A stretch of DNA of 64,000 nucleotides from Candidatus Latescibacterota bacterium (lineage in GTDB: Bacteria; Latescibacterota; UBA2968; UBA8231). This document shows positions 10,859-18,843 of this stretch, piece after piece. Location of the stretch: assembly GCA_965223905.1 (NCBI GenBank), contig CBDCXV010000002.1, positions 192,001 to 256,000 on the forward strand, written 5' to 3'. A program made the position numbers and the translations under genes. Position 1 is the stretch's first letter. Every line of letters starts with the position of its first letter. The notes beneath the pieces were generated by a model that saw nothing but the letters and a program-made list of their open reading frames with translations, made no database searches and was not told the origin of the DNA.

Positions 10859-10904
10859 CGGTCGGGGGTTCCTCAAAGTGAACGGGAGGTGCGGCTGTGG
10901 TCGT

Positions 10905-11210
10905 TCAGGCAGCAACAGGATCGCTGACTTCGACTGCAAGGCGCAAACCCAACTCCTGAAGGACGGCGGTCAAACTGAAGAGCTGGGGATTGCCCTGATC
11001 GGACAGCATGCGATACAGCGATTCCCGGTTGAGCCGGGCCCCCTCTGCCAGCCGCTTCATGCCGTGGGCTTCGGCTACGTCACGCAGTGCGAGGAGAAAC
11101 ACCGCGGGGGAGCCATCCTCGAGAGCAGCAGTCAGATACCCGGCGGCTTCGCCGGGGTCCCGGAGATCCTCCAGCAGCTCTTCTTTGTACGGACGAGATG
11201 CTTTGCTCAT
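10905..11210 (-). CDS. Putative addiction-module antidote (HI1420-like HTH), no toxin visible
   Basis: AAGYLTAALEDG...LALRDVAEAHGM..LAE...LNRESLYRMLS..GNP. Confidence 0.85.
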   Translation of the reverse strand: MSKASRPYKEELLEDLRDPGEAAGYLTAALEDGSPAVFLLALRDVAEAHGMKRLAEGARLNRESLYRMLSDQGNPQLFSLTAVLQELGLRLAVEVSDPVAA

Positions 11211-11357
11211 GACGACCCGCCTCCATCATCGGCAAAAATGTAGGCCGGGAAGCTACAATGACGCGAGGATGGATGGTGCGATACCGCTGCGGTCCCGGAT
11301 GACTTTCCCGGGTGCCGAAAGCCTGTGATGCCGGAGGGCGCCGATACCGCGGGAAAG

Positions 11358-12458
11358 CTATCGGCCCTCGGCTCTCTCTGGTTGGGCGGCGGCCCCCGCG
11401 GCTGCGGGATCACCGGAGAGAAGCTCCCGTTTCACCAAACCCCAGCTCCGGTCCACCACCGCGGTCGGGTCCAGCCTTTCCAGGGCCCAGACCTCGTTGA
11501 AGAGGCCGACCTCCGCGGCGCCCCCGATGAACAGGGCGCGGCTCTCTCCCTCGATGTAGACCGCGGCCGCCCCGCTGCGCGCCTCCGGCGCGGCGCCTCC
11601 CGGTTGCAGCAAGGTCCAGGTGCCGGCGGCGAGATCGAAGGCCCAGGTATCGCCGCTTCTGGCTCCGAGGCCCCCTTTCCCGGCGCCGCCGTAAATGACG
11701 AACCGGTGGGTCGCGGGGTCGTACACGCTGGCGGCGAAGGTGCGCTCTCCGGGACCGCTTTCCGGGGTGATGTCGCTCCAGGCCCCGGTGTCGAGGTCGA
11801 GAGACCACAGATCGTTCAGGGCGTTGCCGCCCCCCTGGCCCCCGAAGATGAGCATGCGGTAGCCGACCGGATCGTATGCGGCGGTGTGCAGGCAGCGGGC
11901 CAGGGGCCTGGGGTCGGTGCTGATGTCGGTCCAGACCGATGCCGCCGGTTCGAAGGCCCAGGTGTCGTCGAAGCGGCCGAGGTCGGTGAAGCCGGCGAAA
12001 CTGACGAGGCGGCCGGCGCGAAGATCGAAAATCGACGCGGTTCCGTAGCGAAAGGCGGGCCGGGTTTCGGGGGTGAACTGCCGCCAGGTGTGCTCGTCGA
12101 GGTCGAAGGCCCAGACGTCGTTGAAGAAGTCGCCGAGATGGCGGCCCGACCAGACGAGCATCTGGTGGCCGGCCGGGTCGTACACGGCGTTGTGTGACCA
12201 GCGGGTGTCGGGGGCCGGCCCGGAGTCGGGGGTGATCTTCCTCCAGGCCAGGGGCGCGAGGCCGAGCTCCCAGACGTCGTTGAGGTCGCCGCCGGCTCTC
12301 AGCCCTCCGAAGAGGACGACGCGGTGGCCGGCCGGGTCGTAGATCGCCGCGGCGTTGGAGCGGGGAACAGGAGCTTCCCCCTCCGGATGCAGCTGGACCC
12401 ATTCCAGGGCGGCGGCCCCCTGGGCCAGCAGGAGCAGAACGAGTGCGGTGCGTTTCAT
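11358..12458 (-). CDS. Secreted Kelch-repeat beta-propeller protein with C-terminal PTAV...SWG..K tail
   Basis: Signal peptide MKRTALVLLLLAQGAAA; six R..H.A.YDP...M..FGG....NDxW repeats; tail DPTAVVDRSWGLVKRELL. Confidence 0.8.
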   Translation of the reverse strand: MKRTALVLLLLAQGAAALEWVQLHPEGEAPVPRSNAAAIYDPAGHRVVLFGGLRAGGDLNDVWELGLAPLAWRKITPDSGPAPDTRWSHNAVYDPAGHQMLVWSGRHLGDFFNDVWAFDLDEHTWRQFTPETRPAFRYGTASIFDLRAGRLVSFAGFTDLGRFDDTWAFEPAASVWTDISTDPRPLARCLHTAAYDPVGYRMLIFGGQGGGNALNDLWSLDLDTGAWSDITPESGPGERTFAASVYDPATHRFVIYGGAGKGGLGARSGDTWAFDLAAGTWTLLQPGGAAPEARSGAAAVYIEGESRALFIGGAAEVGLFNEVWALERLDPTAVVDRSWGLVKRELLSGDPAAAGAAAQPERAEGR

Positions 12459-12676
12459 GGCGGTCCCTTTCTCAACAGAGGCGTGGCGCTTCCCGTTGGC
12501 CCGCGACCCGGCGGAAGATGCCGGTTGTTCGCGGCGCTTCCCGGTACGACGCGCGATGCCGGAAGAAGATGCCGGGTTTTTCGAGGCGAGGCGCGTTGCT
12601 GCCGCTTTGGTCCCTGCGCGCGTAAGTAAGCGTACGAACGAGGGCGCCGTGAGCGGGAATGCAGCCGCGGTCGTTT

Positions 12677-13538
12677 TCACGCGGAATTGCGCGTGTCCGG
12701 CTGGAGGATGTGGGCGGCCTCCCTGTCGATGAAGTCCTGGAAGTCCGCGGCGAGGGCGAGGCTCTCGCCGGTGGCGATGCGGACCGGGGAGCGCCGCGTC
12801 AGCTCGGCGAACCCGTCGACGTCCCGGGGCCGCAGGGCTTCCTCGAGGAAATGGACTCCGTACCTGGCGGCGACCTCGGCGGCGCGCACCGCGTCATCGA
12901 CGGAGTGACCGGGATCGAGGTACGCCGGGCAGCCGAAATCGAGCATCAGCAGCATCTCCGGGCCGATCCCCTCGCGAATGGCGGCGAGGGTCTCCTCGTC
13001 TTCCGCGGAGAAGTGGTTGCCCCAGCCCAGCTTCACCGCCTTGAAACCGCGCTCCCGGTAAGTGACGCACTCGGCGATCATCTCTCCGGGCCGTCCGCCG
13101 CCGGGGGGCCTCCGGGTCGTAGTCGTGCGGGAAGGCGCTGGTGCTCGCGTAAACCATGATTTGGTTCTGGACGACGTCGCCGACGAGCCGGTGAACCGGC
13201 AGCCCGGCCGCCTTGCCGGCGATGTCCCAGAGGGCGATGTCGACCGCGGCAAGGGCGTTGACGGCGATCCCTCCCTCGTCGCCGCGGCCGAACCAGCCGC
13301 CGTCGAACAGTCGTTGCCAGAGCTCGGCCGGCCGCGTCGGGTCGGCGCCGAGGAGGAGGCCGCGGAACGGAGGCTCGGGTCCGGGCAGCTCCGGGGAGGA
13401 GTCGAGCAGCGCCGACACCGGGCGGGTCCAGGAGGCGGTGGCGCCGATACCGGTGATGCCGGCGTCGGTGTCGACCTCGACGAGGGGGAAGTCCCGGGGG
13501 AAGCCGCGGCTGACGACGCGGATGTCGGTGATCTTCAT
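12677..13538 (-). pseudogene. Mandelate racemase/muconate lactonizing enzyme family (frameshifted, 3' end missing)
   Basis: VEVDTDAGITGIG, AAVDIALWDIAGK, GFKAVK, LMLD, FLEEAL, IATGE, ILQPD; homology stops after ILQPD. Confidence 0.75.
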
Positions 13539-13596
13539 GGGGGAGGGTGGGGGGTCGGGCTGGGAGGTGGTTCTGCCGCCGTACCGCAGGGGGCGG

Positions 13597-14553
13597 CTAC
13601 GGCATGGAAAGCTTTCTTGTTCCTATCACTTCTACAGAAGTTCCTTCCTGCTCGAAGGCCGGGGGTGGATCTTCGGAATGTGGATCTCCGGAATAATATT
13701 GAGACCAGCGAAGTTCGTACTGGTCCCGATCCATCAGCGTAATGTCGTCCGTTTCACCCTCGTTGCCTTCATCGAGTCCGTATCCAAAGGAGACGCCGCC
13801 CAAATCAGATAGGATATAGCGGTTGTGGAGCTGCTCGCCTCCTTGTTTCTGGCGCAACCTGCGCACCCGGACTTGCCTTTCCTCGGGGACACATCGGGGA
13901 AGCCTCCTCTCGCACTCTTCCCGAAAAAACTCCTCCGTTCCCGTATGATCCGCCGCAGTATGTACCTCAATGCACTTCGGCATCCCGCCGGGACGCTGGC
14001 GAATCATTGCTTCAAGGAAGGCTTCAAAGGGACGCCGGTAACGAGGCTTCTCGGGCCCAAAATAAGGGTCGACGAAAATCACAATCGAGCTGCAGCGGAG
14101 TAAAGAAGCCACAGCCTCGGCCATGTCTGAAGCTTTCCTCGGCACGGTGAGCCCACGCTGCACCGCCCAATGTTCTGTAGCGCTGTCATCCAGGTCGCTC
14201 TCCGTCAGCACCTGAGCGTGGCTGTTCGGGTTGGTTCGGGCAAGGATAGCGTGGAAAGGCCGCTCGTCGTGCTCGCGCTCGGCGTTCTCTCGCCAACTTG
14301 TGGAATCATCCCACTGAACATTGCTCCGCCGAACCATTCGTTCTGATAGCCGGGCGAGGAGTTCCACGAGTCGGGTTTGAGCTAAATCATCGGTAGTTTC
14401 AATGGCGTCCCACACGAGTCTTTTCCATCGCTTTGGGTACCGGGAGACAACTCTTCCCTGGCCAAACTCGAAACTTTGCATGTAATGGCGGCAATCACGC
14501 CGATCCGTCCAGCCCGCTACCAATTGGGGTTCCAGTGCATACTCGTAAATCAC
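13597..14553 (-). CDS. Hypothetical protein with a C-terminal PLD/MIT_C-like motif
   Basis: IFVDPYF and LHNRYILSDLGGVSFGYGLD (HxRxxxxD, an HKD-like variant); starts 3 nt after the ATPase stop. Confidence 0.6.
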   Translation of the reverse strand: MIYEYALEPQLVAGWTDRRDCRHYMQSFEFGQGRVVSRYPKRWKRLVWDAIETTDDLAQTRLVELLARLSERMVRRSNVQWDDSTSWRENAEREHDERPFHAILARTNPNSHAQVLTESDLDDSATEHWAVQRGLTVPRKASDMAEAVASLLRCSSIVIFVDPYFGPEKPRYRRPFEAFLEAMIRQRPGGMPKCIEVHTAADHTGTEEFFREECERRLPRCVPEERQVRVRRLRQKQGGEQLHNRYILSDLGGVSFGYGLDEGNEGETDDITLMDRDQYELRWSQYYSGDPHSEDPPPAFEQEGTSVEVIGTRKLSMP

Positions 14554-14556
14554 GCT

Positions 14557-16389
14557 TCAGAACAGTTCCTTCGAGCGCTCGGGGAAGAAGCCTTCGGGCC
14601 ATGGTCGCTCGAACTCGCCGTCGGCCGTCACCGGGATGTGGAGAATCTCGGTATCCCCTCGCCCGGGCTGGACGTAAAGGACGGAGACCTGCTCCGGGTG
14701 GACTTCGGGGAGGCCCTTTGGAAGCTCGCCATCGGTAGTTTCCCGGATCCGCCGCAGGATGCGCAACAACAGGTGTTCGCTGTGAGTCTCGATGAGGAGG
14801 GTGTTGCCGCTCCCGCCAAGGGCCGATTCGATAAAGACATCACCCAGCTCGGCCTGAAGCGCCGGGTGCAGGTGAATCTCGGGCTGCTCGATCGCCAGGA
14901 GCTTCTTTTGCCAAGCATAGGCGGAGACCAGCACCGGGAGCACTTGGCTGACTCCGATGCCGACATCGCGGTGGCTCACGGGAGTGCCGGTGCGTTTGTC
15001 GATGAGAACGAGATCCTGAAGTACTTCGGGCCGTGCCTCGACCAGTTCTTCGGCCCAGCGTTCAGACAGGGCCTCCTCGTCGCTCGCCGCAGCCACGAGC
15101 TCCTCGATCTCGGGGATGATGTCGTCCGGGTTTTCCGCGTTGTACCCGGCGACTTGCTCGGAAACTTCATCCGCCAGCCTCGCCAGTTCAGGTTCCCCGT
15201 CCCCCTGCCGTCTTCGGAGAAGGGAAGCAGCGAGATCGTAAAGCGCCTTGTGAAGTTTGGACGGAAGCTCCCTTGAGACTACTGAAGCGGGCAGCAGGTC
15301 GCGCACTTCGAGCTGGTAGGGTGTCTTCAGGCGGTCCGGGTTGCCAAGCCACCTGTTCACCCGCTGTCGGACATCCTCGTTGGTGCGCACCACGTCCCAG
15401 GCATAGCCGCCCCCTGCGAACCAATTGGGGTCATGATGTTGTGAGAAAGCCAGATGGCGAGGCGGGTACGACCTCAGCGGACCGAGGTACTGGAGTTGGC
15501 GTATCTCGTTCTCAAGCACCGTGACGATTACCTCGACGAGCTCAGTGAACGCCAGGGCCAGAAACCGCTGGGCAGGGGATGAAAGATCCTCCTGTCCCCG
15601 TCCGCGAGAAGTGATGTCACCCCAGCCTTCCGCATCCTCCCCGATCCGGGGGAACAGGCCGCTGCTCCTGGCGGCAATGTCGGGGACCAGGGCGTCGATC
15701 TCCTTGCGGAGGTCGTCGACCAATTCCCCCTCACGCATTTCCTGGGTGGGTGTCACCCGCTTCAGAACCTCTGGAAGGAGCTCGCGGAATACTGGATGGC
15801 CGGAGTCGAACCGATCCAGGCGCAGGAGCCCGCCCGGCCGTGTGCTCATGGAGAGCAGCGGTGTGCCGTCCACCTCCAGCGCGAAGCGCTCGAGAAGTGG
15901 ACCGCTCTCCCGGCCGAACCCGCGAGCCCGGTCCCCTGACCGGGTCCGGTGATCGCTCGTGATCCCTTCCCCGATCCCCAGTTCCACCGCTATCTCGCGA
16001 GCCCGCTGCAGAAGCTCGGCCGCGCGTTCGGGACTCCGACTCGGGTATCCGTAGGTTTTTGAAAAAGCACCCACCCGCAAAAGCTCCGCCACGCGTTCGG
16101 TGAGGCGCCCCGGATCGAGTTCGAAACCCAGCTCGACCCGGCGGTCTCGGTCGCGCCGGTGCACGTATTGGAGAAAACCTCCGAGGTCTATGGTCTCTCC
16201 ACCGATCCGGGGCCGGTGGGTGTCGAGGTCTCCGGTCTCGATGGCGTGGTGGGCGAGTGCCAGGGCGTGCAGCACGCTCGACTTACCGGCGCTGTTGGCC
16301 CCATAGATCAGTGTGATCGGCCGCAGCGGTATCCTCTGGCTTGCGCCGAATGCCTTGAAGTTGGCGATGCGGAAAGCGGTGAGGTTCAA
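14557..16389 (-). CDS. ABC-type ATPase (AAA_15/AAA_21) with C-terminal DUF3696
   Basis: IANFKAF, Walker A GANSAGKS, signature VGIGVSQVLP, IEQPEIHLHP, ETHSEH, WPEGFF. TTG 16389 is the likely start; the ORF extends to 16494. Confidence 0.85.
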   Translation of the reverse strand: MNLTAFRIANFKAFGASQRIPLRPITLIYGANSAGKSSVLHALALAHHAIETGDLDTHRPRIGGETIDLGGFLQYVHRRDRDRRVELGFELDPGRLTERVAELLRVGAFSKTYGYPSRSPERAAELLQRAREIAVELGIGEGITSDHRTRSGDRARGFGRESGPLLERFALEVDGTPLLSMSTRPGGLLRLDRFDSGHPVFRELLPEVLKRVTPTQEMREGELVDDLRKEIDALVPDIAARSSGLFPRIGEDAEGWGDITSRGRGQEDLSSPAQRFLALAFTELVEVIVTVLENEIRQLQYLGPLRSYPPRHLAFSQHHDPNWFAGGGYAWDVVRTNEDVRQRVNRWLGNPDRLKTPYQLEVRDLLPASVVSRELPSKLHKALYDLAASLLRRRQGDGEPELARLADEVSEQVAGYNAENPDDIIPEIEELVAAASDEEALSERWAEELVEARPEVLQDLVLIDKRTGTPVSHRDVGIGVSQVLPVLVSAYAWQKKLLAIEQPEIHLHPALQAELGDVFIESALGGSGNTLLIETHSEHLLLRILRRIRETTDGELPKGLPEVHPEQVSVLYVQPGRGDTEILHIPVTADGEFERPWPEGFFPERSKELF

Positions 16390-16444
16390 TTCCGGTCTCC
16401 CGCAGGAGTCGCCATATCCGCGGTCATCATAGTGTTCCTTTTTT

Positions 16445-16580
16445 CTACCGCTCGAACTGCTCGAATTCGCTTGCCGCGTGGGAAATCCCTTCAAGGCAAA
16501 GGCGATCGATCAGGTCAAGGGAAGTCGAAGTCCATTCGTCGTCCTGGTGCTGCTGGTAGGTCCGGAAGGTCAGCTTTGCC
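16445..16580 (-). pseudogene. 3'-end remnant of a deleted gene
   Basis: Protein-like frame KLTFRTYQQHQDDEWTSTSLDLIDRLCLEGISHAASEFEQFER* with no start, joined to the PIN remnant. Confidence 0.35.
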
Positions 16581-16670
16581 GGCGCAGCAGATCGCCGTTA
16601 GTATCTCGATTGATGTGGGGAAGTACGCACCGAGTGGTCTCGGCATGGACTCGTCAAACAACAGCTTCAT
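16515..16670 (-). pseudogene. DUF5615 (VapC45-like PIN) toxin, truncated
   Basis: MKLLFDESMPRPL... overlapping the DUF433 gene; similarity is lost after about 30 codons. Confidence 0.7.
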
Positions 16671-16878
16671 CCGGGTCCCCGGTCAGCGCCACCTTCGCCG
16701 CTTTGAGCACCGCAATCGCCTGGTCGCGTGACACCGTCGGATAGCTGTCTAGGAAGTCATCGAGGCGATCCCCTGCTTCCAGGTGTTCGATCAGGATACG
16801 TATGGGGATCCTGGTTCCGGGAAACACCGGGGTTCCGCCGAGAATGCCCGGATATCTACCGATAACTTTGTCGTTCAT
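16654..16878 (-). CDS. DUF433 family antitoxin
   Basis: PGILGGTPVFPGTRIPI..L...L..G..LDDFLDSYPTVS. Confidence 0.9.
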   Translation of the reverse strand: MNDKVIGRYPGILGGTPVFPGTRIPIRILIEHLEAGDRLDDFLDSYPTVSRDQAIAVLKAAKVALTGDPDEAVV

Positions 16879-16917
16879 TTGATTCACCTTAGTTGTTCAA
16901 TTGGCACTTCGGGGCTG

Positions 16918-18126
16918 TTACCGATTTTTTGTGGAATATTTGGCAGGAGCGGTGAGTGTGCCCGAGAAGGCACGGTGCAAGATGCCGATGAACAGTGAAC
17001 TAATTCTGTCATGATTTGATCCCGTCAGATTCAGAATCTCCTTTGTCGCCTGTACCTGCATGGAGAATTCCTGCTGAAGTTCGAATGGCGGCACTGGAAT
17101 TTGGAGGGCCTTTAATCTGACGCCAGTCAAATGCGAGAAAGTCATTTTGGAGGCAGTGTCCCTTAATGCTCCGATATTTGCCAGTCGCCAGAGCAGAAAT
17201 ACGATATACTCAGGAGTCGCGGCATTTTGATAAGGACGCACCCTATGAAGAGCTTTCTGGAAGTAGCACTCCGGCAACTCATCGTTCCAGATCGCGCTGC
17301 GGCCCACTTCCCCGCCCTCACAAATTAGAATATCTCCCCTCCGAAGCCTGAACTCTTCACGGTCTGAGTCATTGAAGTCCATCTGGAGAACTTCCTGTAA
17401 ATCGATCCGATCCCAATAGACGTTTGCGTTTCGGAGGTAAGGGCGGGGATCCTTCCCAGTCTGCTGTTTCTGATCGAGCATTTTGCCGAGTCGAGATTCA
17501 CAAATCATGTCAAAACGTTTAATTGGCCAGCCCATCGGATTCGTTGCCGGGTCGCCGAACATCTTGATGAAAAGTGCAGGGAGGATGTGCCCGGCTTTGG
17601 CGTCGGCCTCCGCGCGGAGGCGACGGAGGCGGTAGGCTTGGTCGAGGATTTCAACGATGCGTCGTTGTTCGGAAAGCGGTGGAAGAGGGATTTCCATTTC
17701 CTTGATGTCGTTGTCGGAAACCGCCGGGTAATTCGCGCCTCTGACGCGTTCTGACAACACAGCGACAAAATCACGTGTGATCGTGAGATAAAACAAGAAG
17801 CGAGGTTCTACAACGGCATTATTTGCTCGTAGAACGCAAAAACCAGTTGAAGCAATTTGGCCATCGAGCTGGGCCGGAACCATAGCGACGGCGTTGAGGT
17901 TCGGACGTACCGTCGACACCAGGATGTCATCTTTTCGAATGTTTTTTCGTGCACGGCTCGGAGCATCAGCCCCTAACATGGTTTGATGTTCTGCAATTGT
18001 CTTATGGATACGGTCGATTCCGGCGATGTCAACGTAATTGAACTCGCCGGAAATCTCGCGTCGAGGATCGCATTGCTCAGTGGGTTCGCAGACGTCACTG
18101 ATAGTTGCGATGTCCCACCCCATCAC
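16918..18126 (-). CDS. hsdS: Type I R-M specificity subunit
   Basis: Two TRDs, IPLPPLSEQRRIV and IPVPPFELQ conserved regions, MFGDPATNPMGW. Confidence 0.93.
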   Translation of the reverse strand: MMGWDIATISDVCEPTEQCDPRREISGEFNYVDIAGIDRIHKTIAEHQTMLGADAPSRARKNIRKDDILVSTVRPNLNAVAMVPAQLDGQIASTGFCVLRANNAVVEPRFLFYLTITRDFVAVLSERVRGANYPAVSDNDIKEMEIPLPPLSEQRRIVEILDQAYRLRRLRAEADAKAGHILPALFIKMFGDPATNPMGWPIKRFDMICESRLGKMLDQKQQTGKDPRPYLRNANVYWDRIDLQEVLQMDFNDSDREEFRLRRGDILICEGGEVGRSAIWNDELPECYFQKALHRVRPYQNAATPEYIVFLLWRLANIGALRDTASKMTFSHLTGVRLKALQIPVPPFELQQEFSMQVQATKEILNLTGSNHDRISSLFIGILHRAFSGTLTAPAKYSTKNR

Positions 18127-18521
18127 GCCCCCTCCATCTCTTCCAACTTCCCCCGTAACTGTTCAAGCAACGCCTCGACAAGCCCGAGCGCCGCTTTGCG
18201 ATAGATCGGCTCGGTACTCGCATCCACACCCCCATACCGGAACTCGACGGCATACGGCGTGTACACGGCCAGCTCTCGAAAAGCCGTCATGTCGACAGCC
18301 CGCGCGGCGAGCAGATCCACCAACCCCTCGATGTTGTGGGTAAGCGGGTAGGTCTCTCCGAGCAGTGCGAGCCAGGCCTTGAAGGATTTCTCGGCGGCCT
18401 GCTGCACGTGAAATCCGAAAACTTCGTCGGAGATTTCGTCCGAGCGGCACATGAATCGAAGTGCTTCGACATCGCGCTCGGCCGCATCGAGCAACATCCT
18501 GGCGCACTTAGGGTCGCTCAT
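18123..18521 (-). CDS. HEPN domain protein (PF05168-type)
   Basis: GFHVQQAAEKSFKAWL...YP.THNI..L...YAVEFRY. Confidence 0.88.
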   Translation of the reverse strand: MSDPKCARMLLDAAERDVEALRFMCRSDEISDEVFGFHVQQAAEKSFKAWLALLGETYPLTHNIEGLVDLLAARAVDMTAFRELAVYTPYAVEFRYGGVDASTEPIYRKAALGLVEALLEQLRGKLEEMEGA

Positions 18522-18843
18522 AAAGCACCCGCCCTTCCCGCAGTGCCCGCGCCAACACATGGTTGAGGGAGTCGCGCCAGTAGTCCACGTCATCTCGAGA
18601 GTAGACAAGGACGTCGGCTGCGACGGGAAAACCCGCCAGCGCGTGGTAGAGTCTGACCATCTCTTTGTGGCGGCTTCGTTCCGGACCGAACGGCTCGGCT
18701 TCCAAGACCACCAGATCGACGTCCGATTCCTCTCGCTCGTCGCCCCGGCCACGGGAGCCAAAGAGGATCACCTGCTCGGGATCGACCTCGTCGACGATGG
18801 CCTGAACCATCCGGTCGATGAGGGTGTCGGTGATCCGGGTCAT
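18508..18843 (-). CDS. Minimal nucleotidyltransferase (MNT)
   Basis: VILFGSRGRGD....SDVDL; start overlaps the hsdM stop. Confidence 0.9.
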   Translation of the reverse strand: MTRITDTLIDRMVQAIVDEVDPEQVILFGSRGRGDEREESDVDLVVLEAEPFGPERSRHKEMVRLYHALAGFPVAADVLVYSRDDVDYWRDSLNHVLARALREGRVLYERP

